64,000 nt of DNA from Bacteroidota bacterium (GTDB taxonomy: Bacteria > Bacteroidota > Bacteroidia > Bacteroidales > GCA-2748055): the NCBI GenBank assembly GCA_039714915.1, contig JBDLIM010000011.1:1382-65381 (forward strand), written 5' to 3'. Under the pieces are notes generated by a model. The model searched no databases. It worked only from the letters and a program-made list of their open reading frames with translations, and was not told the DNA's origin. The position numbers and the translations under genes are program-made. Positions 9,231-18,300 of the stretch are shown piece by piece (the stretch's first letter is position 1; the number at the start of each line of letters is the position of its first letter).

Positions 9231-9776
9231 TTATTTTTTAAGAGACTTCTTCTTCGGCTTCTTCTTTGACTTTTTGCTGCTCTTTCTACCTGAAGCACCT
9301 AATTTGTCCTTGATCCGTTCCAGCTCCTTCTTTAAGTAGGGCCTTTCATCTTCATTGCAGGATGCATTGCAGGCTTCCTTCATGAGCTTTCTGGCTGCCT
9401 TTAGGTTTCCCTGGTTTTCGTAAATCAGGCTCTCCCGGTGCTTGAGAATCGCTTCATTGGCACCGCTTATTCCGATTGCATAGCTGATCAGATCCAAGGC
9501 CTTTCCATACTGCTTCGTATAAATGCAAAGCATGCTGTAACACTCATAGGTCAATATGTAATCGATATCACAGACCAAAGCTTGTTCATAATGATCTGCA
9601 GCCTTATCATATTGTTTCAGCTGCTCCATATAGAGCCTTCCAAGGAGACAATGTGCACCGGCATGCTCAGGATTGTAACTGAGCGCATACCCTAAAGCCT
9701 CAAGCGTCTCGGTCAGATCGTAAGGATAGGACTCCAGTGCCTTTACATAGTACGTATTTGATAGCATGTTATCCAT
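9231..9776 (-). CDS. Tetratricopeptide-repeat protein with a Lys-rich C-terminal tail
   Basis: TPR consensus (AHCLLGRLY...YDKAADHYEQAL; YGKALDLISYA; LKAARKLMKEA). Tail GRKSSKKSKKKPKKKSLKK. Confidence 0.8.
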   Translation of the reverse strand: MDNMLSNTYYVKALESYPYDLTETLEALGYALSYNPEHAGAHCLLGRLYMEQLKQYDKAADHYEQALVCDIDYILTYECYSMLCIYTKQYGKALDLISYAIGISGANEAILKHRESLIYENQGNLKAARKLMKEACNASCNEDERPYLKKELERIKDKLGASGRKSSKKSKKKPKKKSLKK

Positions 9777-9855
9777 GATATATGTTTTACCTGGTGAATC
9801 ATATATTCATACAGATTCCACAGAATCTGTGGACTTATGAATTAAAAAATCTTAA

Positions 9856-9886
9856 TGAATAAGAAACCCGACTGGTGTGCCGGGTT
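9856..9886 (-). terminator. Intrinsic terminator-like hairpin in the leader of the TPR gene
   Basis: Minus-strand RNA AACCCGGC-ACACCA-GUCGGGUU forms an 8-bp stem with one G.U pair and is followed by UCUUAUUCAUU. Confidence 0.6.
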
Positions 9887-9909
9887 GAAGAGAAGGAAGT
9901 AGCTTATTC

Positions 9910-9966
9910 CTACTTTTCGAACCACACACCGAAGGGCAAATGGAATGGTATGTAATAACTGAGCAT
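9910..9966 (-). CDS. Putative leader peptide MLSYYIPFHLPFGVWFEK (18 aa); absent from the ORF track
   Basis: ATG at 9966, TAG at 9912-9910. GGAGG 8 nt upstream of the ATG. Lies between a consensus promoter and a terminator, and its 3' end is complementary to that terminator. Confidence 0.55.
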   Translation of the reverse strand: MLSYYIPFHLPFGVWFEK

Positions 9967-10010
9967 AATTATGTCCTCCGATTGATAATGCAATTTCTAA
10001 ATATGGGCTG

Positions 10011-10042
10011 CAAATATAAAACTAATTGGATGAAAATAGCAA
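10011..10042 (-). promoter_or_regulatory. Sigma-A promoter (-33 TTG, 21-nt spacer, -7 TATATTTG followed by CAGCC)
   Basis: Exact -7 match at 10018-10011 and TTG at 10042-10040. Confidence 0.65.
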
Positions 10043-10070
10043 CCTGAATTCGGTTTTCCCGCGCAAAGAA

Positions 10071-11405
10071 TCAAATTGAGGCCTTTCGCCTCAGAAAGTA
10101 GTACACAGGGATGCCCACCAGGATCACCCCCAAAGCAATGCTGGATTCCACCGGCCGTTCCATATAGGCCAGAACCAGGATCGCCAGTGAAAGTAGTATA
10201 AATAACGCCGGGAGATAGGGGTATCCGGGCGCTTTGAAGACGGAACTCTGGTTTTTCCTGAGCTTGAATACACCCAGGACAGCTAGGATCGGAAAGATCC
10301 CCAGGGAAAAGCTCAAAAGGGTTATAATTTGCTCAAAGGTGCCCGATACCACGAAAATGATGGCCAGTCCGCTCTGAAGCAGTATGGAGATGCCCGGCAC
10401 ATTGGACCGGTTGATCTTCTTTGCCATTCCGAAGAAATGTCCTGATTGGGCCATGGCATAGTACACCCTGGGTCCGATGATGGTAAGCACGGAAATGGCT
10501 GAAAGCAGGATCAGAGCAATAAACAGGGAAAAAAACTGATCCATGGTCTGGTTAAACAACATCTTGGCTGCCAGTCCCCCGATGGAAATAATCCCCTTCA
10601 TCTCCCGGGCCGGAACGGCGTATACGTAAAGGGTATTCAGTAGCAGGTAAATCAGAGTTACAAACAGAGTTCCCGTGATCAGGGAACGCGGGATGTTTTT
10701 TACAGGATTTACAATCTCGGATCCCACGTAGGTGGAAGCATTCCAGCCACTGTAAGCGAACATGATCCACATCAAAGCCAGGCCCATGGTTTTCAGATTG
10801 GCCGGTTTCGACACCTCAGTCAATTGCACCCTGAAATGTTCAAAACTGCCCTCCCCGAAGGCAAATCCGCTAATCACAAGCCCCAGGATCAATCCCACCT
10901 TCAGCAGGGTGAGGAAGTTCTGGATTCTGGATCCCGACTTCAGTCCGAAATAATGTGTCAGTGCAAATACCAGGATGATTCCTGTGGCGATGGCCTTTTT
11001 GAGTAACATCACCTGATCCATGGAAGCTGCATCGGGCAGCGTCCGTACCAGATATTCGCTGAAAGCCAGTGATGAAGCAGCCACCGGGGCTGTAAACCCA
11101 ACGATAAATGAGACCCAACCGCTTAAGAATCCCGCCAGGGGGGAGTAGAGTTCAGACAGAAATACATATTCACCCCCTGCTTTTGGAAAATTGGCTCCAA
11201 GCTCGCTGTAACTCAAAGCACCGCAGAGTGCAATCCCTCCGCCTATCGCCCATAACACCAGTAAAAGTAAAGGATCATGTAATTGTGCAAGAAGAAGTCC
11301 GGAGGTGGTAAAGATCCCTGCACCGATCATATCGGCCACTACGATACTTGTCAATGAAAAGTAGCCCAGTGTCTTTTTCAGTCCGTAGCTTTTCCCTCCA
11401 GGCAT
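10071..11405 (-). CDS. APC-family amino acid/polyamine permease
   Basis: Likely start MPGGKSYGLKKTLG at 11405 (the track's 11495 overlaps the upstream gene). Motifs MIGAGIF, YSELG..FPKAGGEY, FAYSGWN and PRVYYAMA. About 12 TM helices. Confidence 0.9.
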   Translation of the reverse strand: MPGGKSYGLKKTLGYFSLTSIVVADMIGAGIFTTSGLLLAQLHDPLLLLVLWAIGGGIALCGALSYSELGANFPKAGGEYVFLSELYSPLAGFLSGWVSFIVGFTAPVAASSLAFSEYLVRTLPDAASMDQVMLLKKAIATGIILVFALTHYFGLKSGSRIQNFLTLLKVGLILGLVISGFAFGEGSFEHFRVQLTEVSKPANLKTMGLALMWIMFAYSGWNASTYVGSEIVNPVKNIPRSLITGTLFVTLIYLLLNTLYVYAVPAREMKGIISIGGLAAKMLFNQTMDQFFSLFIALILLSAISVLTIIGPRVYYAMAQSGHFFGMAKKINRSNVPGISILLQSGLAIIFVVSGTFEQIITLLSFSLGIFPILAVLGVFKLRKNQSSVFKAPGYPYLPALFILLSLAILVLAYMERPVESSIALGVILVGIPVYYFLRRKASI

Positions 11406-11410
11406 TTCGT

Positions 11411-11626
11411 TCAGCGATTGATCCGCCTGTCCCTTCCCACCAGGAAGTAGAGGACCGATCCCAGAAAAGGCAGAAAGATGATCACCACCACCCACATGAG
11501 CTTGTCATTGCCCCGGAAGTCATTCATCAACACAGAGATCAGAGCCAGAAGAGGCAGAAGAATGACAAAGAGAATAATAAAAAGGGTGAGCAGGATTCCC
11601 GCACCGAAAAAAAACAGAAAAGTCAT
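11411..11626 (-). CDS. Small membrane protein, PLDc_N family (71 aa)
   Basis: ALISVLMNDFRGNDKLMWVVVIIFLPFLGSVLYFLVGR is the classic PLDc_N pattern. Its stop is 5 nt from the permease start. Confidence 0.85.
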   Translation of the reverse strand: MTFLFFFGAGILLTLFIILFVILLPLLALISVLMNDFRGNDKLMWVVVIIFLPFLGSVLYFLVGRDRRINR

Positions 11627-11746
11627 GTTGTGAATTTTATATTTCCTGTAAATCTATAAATAAAAAATACAGAAATCGCAATAAAAGAATTTGTTGTGGC
11701 TGATCTGGAGCAGGTGATGAAATAGGCTCGTTGTTTCGTACTGTAG

Positions 11747-13159
11747 CTATCTCGTTAATTTGAATGAGGCCAGCTCTTTGGCCAGCCTGGCTTTTCGTTT
11801 AATGGTTGCCCCTGTGCTCAGGTCAATAGTCTTATCCAGGATTTGAACAATTTCATCAGCAATGACCTCATCAATAATAAGCGGTGGAACAATCCCCAGG
11901 ATATTCCGCCTGAAATAGAGCAGCAATCCCCGGCCGGCTGCATCCATACCCAGTTCCTGAACCAAATCGTCCGATAAAGGTTCCCGGATCGTTTTATCTT
12001 TTACAAGTTCAATTCCAATCAATAATCCTTTGCCCCTGACCTCGCCAATGTTCTTCTTTTTATCAGCCAGTAACTGAAGTTTTTCCATCAGGTAGGATCC
12101 TATGCGTGCAGCATTTTCAGGCAGCTTTTCATTGATAATGATATCAATGTTGGCTAATCCCACGGCTGCACAAACCGGGTGCCCGCTGGCCGTGGATCCA
12201 TGCTCCAGGCTCTTTCCCTCACCAAGGAAACGCTCAAAGATTTCTTCCGTAACCAGGGTGGCAGCCAAAGGCAGGTAGCCGCTGCTGATGGCTTTGGACA
12301 GGCACATGATATCGGGCTGGGGATCCCAGTCCTCGCTCATAAACAGCTTCCCTGTCTTCCCAAAGCCGGTGGTCACTTCATCCACTATAAACAGAATGCC
12401 ATGCGCCCTGCAAATCCTCCCGACCTCACCATAGTACTCCTCTGGGGGAGCAATAAAGCCATAGGCTCCCATAATGGGCTCCAGTATAAATGCAGCTATG
12501 CTTTCTTCTCCTTCCTGCTCAATTTTCTCTTCCAGGGCAGCAGCACAAACCAGACCACATTCCGGATGACCGGATTTTCCATAAGGACATCTATAGCAAT
12601 AAGGTGGATCGATCTGAACATAACCTTCAAGTACCGGTCCGTAATTCTTATGGTCCTCATCCAGTCCCGAAGTACTCATGGCTCCGTAGGACACCCCATG
12701 ATAGCAATGCTTCAGGGAAATCACCTTATATCTGCCCTGTTCATCAGGCACCGAACTCTGCCTGAAATACTGACGGGATATTTTCAGCGCGGTCTCCACA
12801 GCCTCCGAACCATTGGTACCCAGGTATACAAACTGGTATTGATCCGGAGAGATCCGGGCCAGTTTATCCGCCAGCTCGATGGCCCTAGGATGGGTTTGCC
12901 GGAAGCAAGAGGCATAAGCAAGTTCTCTCATTTGTCTGGTGGCAGCATCCACCAGTTCCTCCCGGCCATGCCCCACCGAAACATTCCAGAGGGAAGAGAA
13001 TCCATTAATCAGTTTTCTTCCTTTGTCATTAAAAACGTAGGGCCCCTCCCCACGAGTGATCACAACAGGACCAAATCCCAGGAAATCCCGGAATTGGTCC
13101 ATGTCAGTAAAAGGATTCCACAGAGAATAGGGAATTCCATTATACGTTTTCTTTTTCAT
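11747..13159 (-). CDS. Class III PLP-dependent aminotransferase (BioA/omega-amine type)
   Basis: SSLWNVSVGHG, NGSEAVETALK, YHG, AFILEPIMG, DEVTTGFGKTG and PLP-lysine PDIMCLSKAISSG motifs. Confidence 0.92.
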   Translation of the reverse strand: MKKKTYNGIPYSLWNPFTDMDQFRDFLGFGPVVITRGEGPYVFNDKGRKLINGFSSLWNVSVGHGREELVDAATRQMRELAYASCFRQTHPRAIELADKLARISPDQYQFVYLGTNGSEAVETALKISRQYFRQSSVPDEQGRYKVISLKHCYHGVSYGAMSTSGLDEDHKNYGPVLEGYVQIDPPYCYRCPYGKSGHPECGLVCAAALEEKIEQEGEESIAAFILEPIMGAYGFIAPPEEYYGEVGRICRAHGILFIVDEVTTGFGKTGKLFMSEDWDPQPDIMCLSKAISSGYLPLAATLVTEEIFERFLGEGKSLEHGSTASGHPVCAAVGLANIDIIINEKLPENAARIGSYLMEKLQLLADKKKNIGEVRGKGLLIGIELVKDKTIREPLSDDLVQELGMDAAGRGLLLYFRRNILGIVPPLIIDEVIADEIVQILDKTIDLSTGATIKRKARLAKELASFKLTR

Positions 13160-13175
13160 GACTTAAATAATAGAG

Positions 13176-15266
13176 TTAGTCAAAATATTGATCAAGCAGT
13201 GCTTTGAATCGCTCCTCCTCCTGAAGGTTAGCCAGGTCGGGATTCATCTTAATCCAGCAGTAGTCCCTGTACCCATCCTCCAGGCCCTTTTTCACCTGGT
13301 CAAGCGCCCCCTCTATATCCTGGCGAACCGCCAGAAACTGGGCATATTCCATGTGCCTGGCAGTATCCATCTTAAAGGCCTTCTCCCCGGTATGCATGCT
13401 TTGTTCCAATTCCCCGAGCCGGGTAAGTACCTTGGCATGGGCATAAAAAGAAACAGGATCGTCAGAAAACTCCTGCATCCAGAAATCGGTAATATCCAGG
13501 AATCGCCGGTAATTGGATTTCGCTTCCTCTTCTTTGCCCATTAACTCGTAAAAAAATCCCATCTGATAATAGGCATTGCTTGCCCGGGGATTTACCTGGA
13601 GGAGATCCTTTAATACTTCCACTGCCTCCTCATATTTTCCCAGGACTCTCCTGGTGTTGGCCAGACGGAAACCATTCAGAGCAAGTCCCGGGATTAGCTC
13701 AAAGCACTTTTCAAAGGCCTCTTCGGCCAGAATCAGTTCATCTTTTGGGAAATAACCCGATCCCAGGTAAAAATAAGCCCACCCATTATCAGGCCCGTAA
13801 GAGATCATTTGCCTGGCCCGGGTAATAACTGAATCTGCCTCACCGGTGAATTCATTAAAGATCCAGATCAGTCCCCCATAGGGAAGCATGGAATAGGGAT
13901 CTATGGCAATGGCCTTCCTGTAGTGTTCTGCAGCCTCCCTGTAGCGGCCCTGATTTTGCATGTACCAGCCCAGGTTATTCCTGGAGGCTATATTATCAGG
14001 GTATAATTCGATGTTCAGCTCTGTATAGCTGATTGCCTTATCCAGATCATGCTCAATGCTGGCGGCATAAAAGGCCAGGATCCCGTTAATTTCCCTTTCG
14101 GTCAGGTCATCCAGAGAAAGAATGGCTTCGTCCAGCCACATTTTCCCTTCCTCCTGATCGTAGCGTTCATACAGGATGTTCCCGAGAGAGGCTTTGGCAG
14201 CTGTAAAGGTGCTGTCCAGCCCGATGGCGAGACGGTAATGGGTGATAGCTTTTTCAAAATCCATAAAGACATGGGATTCAATGGCCAGGGAGAATTGCTT
14301 CAGCGCATCCAGTGAAGAGGTGGTCACCTGGGCCAGTGGCTTGCTCTGCCCTGATATACTGTACCTGGATTCACCAAGATGCCGCCGCATTCTTCTACTG
14401 ATCCGGTCCAGTTGTTCGATGATCCCATCCTGGTCTTCGCTGTATACCATCTCCGAAGCCACTACCCTTCCACTTTCAGATTCCTGCAGCTTTCCCGTCA
14501 GAATATACTGATCTCCCACCCTGCTAATTTCAGGGACGATATAGACTTTTGCCCCTTCCCGGATCGCAATTTCTCTGCATATTTCTTCATCGATCACAGC
14601 TCCTGCATCCTTCCCGATCCTTTTCAGAGCTTCCTGAACCCTTCTTCCCGAAACCACATTGATATGCCTGGATTGATCGATACTGATCTCAAAGGCCGTA
14701 TTCAGGGAATGGTCAAAAACCTCTTGCTCCGTATGATTTATAAAATCGGCAAGGACCACCCAGTCACGTTCCTGAAAAGGAGCAGATTTCCCGCTGTAAA
14801 AGAGAAAAAAAAGCACCACCAGGCTGATGATGGTAAAGGAACTGAGTCCATAGATCTTTCCCATTCTCCGGCCGGATTTTCCCAGTGTGGAGAACTCAGG
14901 GAGGTCGCTTTCATACACGATCATCCCATCAGCAAATGAATAGTCTGCAAAAGTCCCTCCCTCCATGGATGGATGTTCCTCCTTTGTTTCTGCCAGGATC
15001 TGACTGGCCACATGCCTGTACCTTTGGATGCCCTCAGGGGTAAGCAGAAATACCCATGAAAGGATAATGGTCACAGGCAAACCCACAGCAGAAAGAAGAA
15101 TTACCACGCTCAAAACCCAGGCGGGAAGGTTCAGGGGACCTGAAACGATATCAATAAGCTCCATTAATCCGAAGGCAATGGCCACATAAAGTGTAGTCAC
15201 GCGCAGTACGTTCCTTGCTTTCAGCTCCTGCCAGAAACGGGATACTCCTCCTGGATTTCCAGCCAT
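13176..15266 (-). CDS. Membrane-anchored TolB-like/TPR protein with N-terminal 'FW.ELK.RNV.R' TM hairpin
   Basis: N-terminal SRFWQELKARNVLRV followed by three TM helices, then a VVLADFINHT..FD.SL domain (as found after kinase/cyclase domains elsewhere) and multiple TPRs. No catalytic domain recognised. Confidence 0.75.
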   Translation of the reverse strand: MAGNPGGVSRFWQELKARNVLRVTTLYVAIAFGLMELIDIVSGPLNLPAWVLSVVILLSAVGLPVTIILSWVFLLTPEGIQRYRHVASQILAETKEEHPSMEGGTFADYSFADGMIVYESDLPEFSTLGKSGRRMGKIYGLSSFTIISLVVLFFLFYSGKSAPFQERDWVVLADFINHTEQEVFDHSLNTAFEISIDQSRHINVVSGRRVQEALKRIGKDAGAVIDEEICREIAIREGAKVYIVPEISRVGDQYILTGKLQESESGRVVASEMVYSEDQDGIIEQLDRISRRMRRHLGESRYSISGQSKPLAQVTTSSLDALKQFSLAIESHVFMDFEKAITHYRLAIGLDSTFTAAKASLGNILYERYDQEEGKMWLDEAILSLDDLTEREINGILAFYAASIEHDLDKAISYTELNIELYPDNIASRNNLGWYMQNQGRYREAAEHYRKAIAIDPYSMLPYGGLIWIFNEFTGEADSVITRARQMISYGPDNGWAYFYLGSGYFPKDELILAEEAFEKCFELIPGLALNGFRLANTRRVLGKYEEAVEVLKDLLQVNPRASNAYYQMGFFYELMGKEEEAKSNYRRFLDITDFWMQEFSDDPVSFYAHAKVLTRLGELEQSMHTGEKAFKMDTARHMEYAQFLAVRQDIEGALDQVKKGLEDGYRDYCWIKMNPDLANLQEEERFKALLDQYFD

Positions 15267-15334
15267 TTCTCAGGGTGTAGATTCACAACAAGTTACTACG
15301 TAAAAAAGTCTAAATCAAATTGCTTTAATTGTTT

Positions 15335-18300
15335 CTAATCGATAATTACCAAAGTATTATGTGGTCGCCCGTCAAGAATTATCCTGAGAAAATAGGTACC
15401 CGGTGTCAGATCCTGAACCTTGATCCGGGTCTCGGTGGTCCTGATCCTTTCCAACTCTTTCCTTAATACAAGTGCATTTGAAATGGTATAGAGCTCCAGC
15501 ACTACCTCCTGTTCGGTTTCCAGCTCAAGAGCAACAAACAGCACCTCATCGGCTGGATTCGGGTAGATCCGTACCTGTTCCTGAAGAATGAGATCGTCAC
15601 GGGAAGCTGTAATAGATGCAACATAAACTGAATCCCGGTCCGCACATCCATGTGCATCGCTTACCTCTACCCAGTATAGACCACTCGCAATAACCTCGTA
15701 GGTACTCATTGTGGACTTATCCTGCCATATGTAGGTGCTGAATTCTGAACCTGCATCCAGGGTTAGGGGTAAATCGCTTATCAGGGTATCCTTACCTCCC
15801 CCGATCTCCACCACCGGAGCTGTCCATACATTCACATCGTTTATAAGGAAATTGTTTGAAACATCCTCATCCGGGGTCCAGATGACACTGGCCTGCACCT
15901 GGTAGAGCCCTAAATTTGAAAAATCATAGCCTTCACCAAACGTCAGGACGGCAGATTGACCGGATTGCAGATCAGACTCCAGATGAATCAGCTCAATTAC
16001 AGAGCTTTCATCGCCAACACGGTAGGTAATGGTTATGATATCCGTGGTGGGGATCCTGTAGAATCCTTTATTTAAAATTTCCAGGGAGGGTTTGAGATCG
16101 GGATTCAAATCACAGGTGGAGACTGGTGAAACGATTCGTGACAATTCAATATCTGGCTGATCGTATGCCACATACACACTGTCAACGGTCACACACTCAT
16201 TGTCAGCACTTACGCTTACTACATACATCCCTTCAGAAGGATCTGCAATGAAGTAGTCTGTATCTGTACTGCCATCCTGCCACAAGTAGGAGGGATAACC
16301 CGGGGTAGCTGACAGGGTCAGAGGTGCGAAAGTAAGTATGGTATCCTTCCCTTCCCCGATATCAATGACCGGACTGCCATAATGATCTACATTCTCAAAC
16401 ACAATATCGTTTGAGGGGATCAAATCGGGAGCAAACAGGGTATAGACTAAGATTTCATACCTGCCGGCAATCCTGAAATCCTCCGTGGTACTAAAAATAT
16501 GTTCAATGACCGCTCCGTTCTCAAAGGTTTCATTCAGTACCACAGGTTCAACCACGGCCTCTCTTCCATTGATGGAATAAGCTACGGATATATCGGCGCC
16601 GGGTTCAATATCCCAATTTCCAAAATTCTTGATATCCACCTGTATATGCTCGGAGGAATCCAGGTGACAGGTCGTTTGAGGATGAGAAAGCATGCCAATA
16701 CCAATGTCAGGTACGACCAGCATCACCTCTGCTTCATCAGAGACAGAACAACCATTTGCATCGCTCACCGTAACACTGTAAACACCAATTCCAGGTTCGG
16801 TTATGGTAAAGGTCTGTTCCTCACTTCCGTCTTGCCAGAGGTAGGATACAAATCCGCCCCCTGCATCGAGGGTATGTTCCAGATCGGTAATCACCTGAAA
16901 ATCTTCACCCAGGTCCAGTAAGGGAGTCTCGTAAACCCCTACTGACTGGATGATGGAATCATTCCAGGATCTTGAATCACTGGCATAATCCACAAATACG
17001 GTGAAATCATACCATTGCCCTGCCTGAACGGTTTCTGACTTTGTAAAAGTGAAATCCAGAGAGTGACCCGTTAAGAGATCCTCCGTCAGGATGATATTTT
17101 CTTCTTCTGGTGTAGCCCCATCGATCTGATAAGCAATCCGGATGGTCTCGCCTGAGGCCAGGTTCATGTTCCCAGTATTTTTGATTCTCGCTGAAACGGT
17201 AATAGATTCCGACAATTCACATGAAGTGGCCGGTGCCAGAAGCTCTTCCAGGCTCAAATCAATCACTTTCAGGGTAACGATCACCGTATCCGAACTGCTG
17301 CATTGATTTTCATCACTCATGAATACATAATACATGCCGGTTCCGGGTTCATCAATAAGAAAGCTTTCCGCTGTGGATCCGTCCTGCCAGAGGTATTCTG
17401 CATAACCGGATGCTGGCGATAGTTCATATTCCGAAGACTGGACTAAGGTATCAGGTCCCAGGTAAGAATCCGGATACCCAAAGGTCTCCAGGGTATGGAA
17501 CAGAGTATCATTAGCCGCTGTAAAATCTTCGGCCAGACTAGTAAAAAGCTTCATATGATAAGCTCCGGGAGCTGAGAAGTCATATTTCTGTGTGAACACA
17601 AAATTCATGCTTTCTCCGGGCCGGAAGCGCTCAGCCAATACAATGGTTTCTTCATAAAGACCCGCCTGATTGATTAAATATGAGATCAATATGGATTCTC
17701 CGTTTTCGAGGGTATCAGTTCCGAAGTTCCTGATAATCACCTCAATGGGAAGCTGATCGCCCAGCTCACAGTCAGAGACCGGGGATACCAGGGACTCCAC
17801 TCCCACATCGGCTAATAGCTGCAATACCTGAATGGTATCGGAGGCTGTACAGCCTAATCCGTTAGTGACCTGCACATAGTAAGTGCCGTCGGTGCTCACC
17901 TGGAAAAGTGAATCGCTTGAGCTATCCTGCCACAGGTAGGATTGTCCGCTCACCCCCGAGTAAGCCCTTAAAATAACTGTATCCGGCCTTACCGTAGAAA
18001 TGTCTTCGCCAAAATCCACATGTGGCTTTTTAACCTCAATAAGCCGGGTGAGGGTATCACCTGATACCGCCTTATAAAAATGCGGATCTTCCGTCATCAG
18101 GTATACATTGGTCATATAATCGCCACTGATGCTGAAATCAAAGGGGGTCGACATGGTGATGTTCCTGAAGGAACCTGCATTCAGGGATTGATCCAGGACC
18201 ATGGTCTCCTCACCTGTTTGAATATCCCCGTTCCTCTCTATATAATAGCCCACTTGCAGTGAATCCCCAGCTTCCAGAGAAATATTCCCTGAATTTCTTA

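Noticed and set aside
9913-9926. GGTTCGAA on the minus strand, resembling a tRNA T-loop or a Y-RNA-like module
   Set aside because: No T-stem, acceptor stem or CCA can be built around it. The bases are explained by the leader ORF and antiterminator.
9750-9966. The leader peptide (MLSYY) and the TPR protein's second Met (MLSNTYY) start similarly
   Set aside because: Too short, and the DNA is not similar (ATGCTCAGTTATTAC vs ATGCTATCAAATACGTACTAT). Treated as chance.
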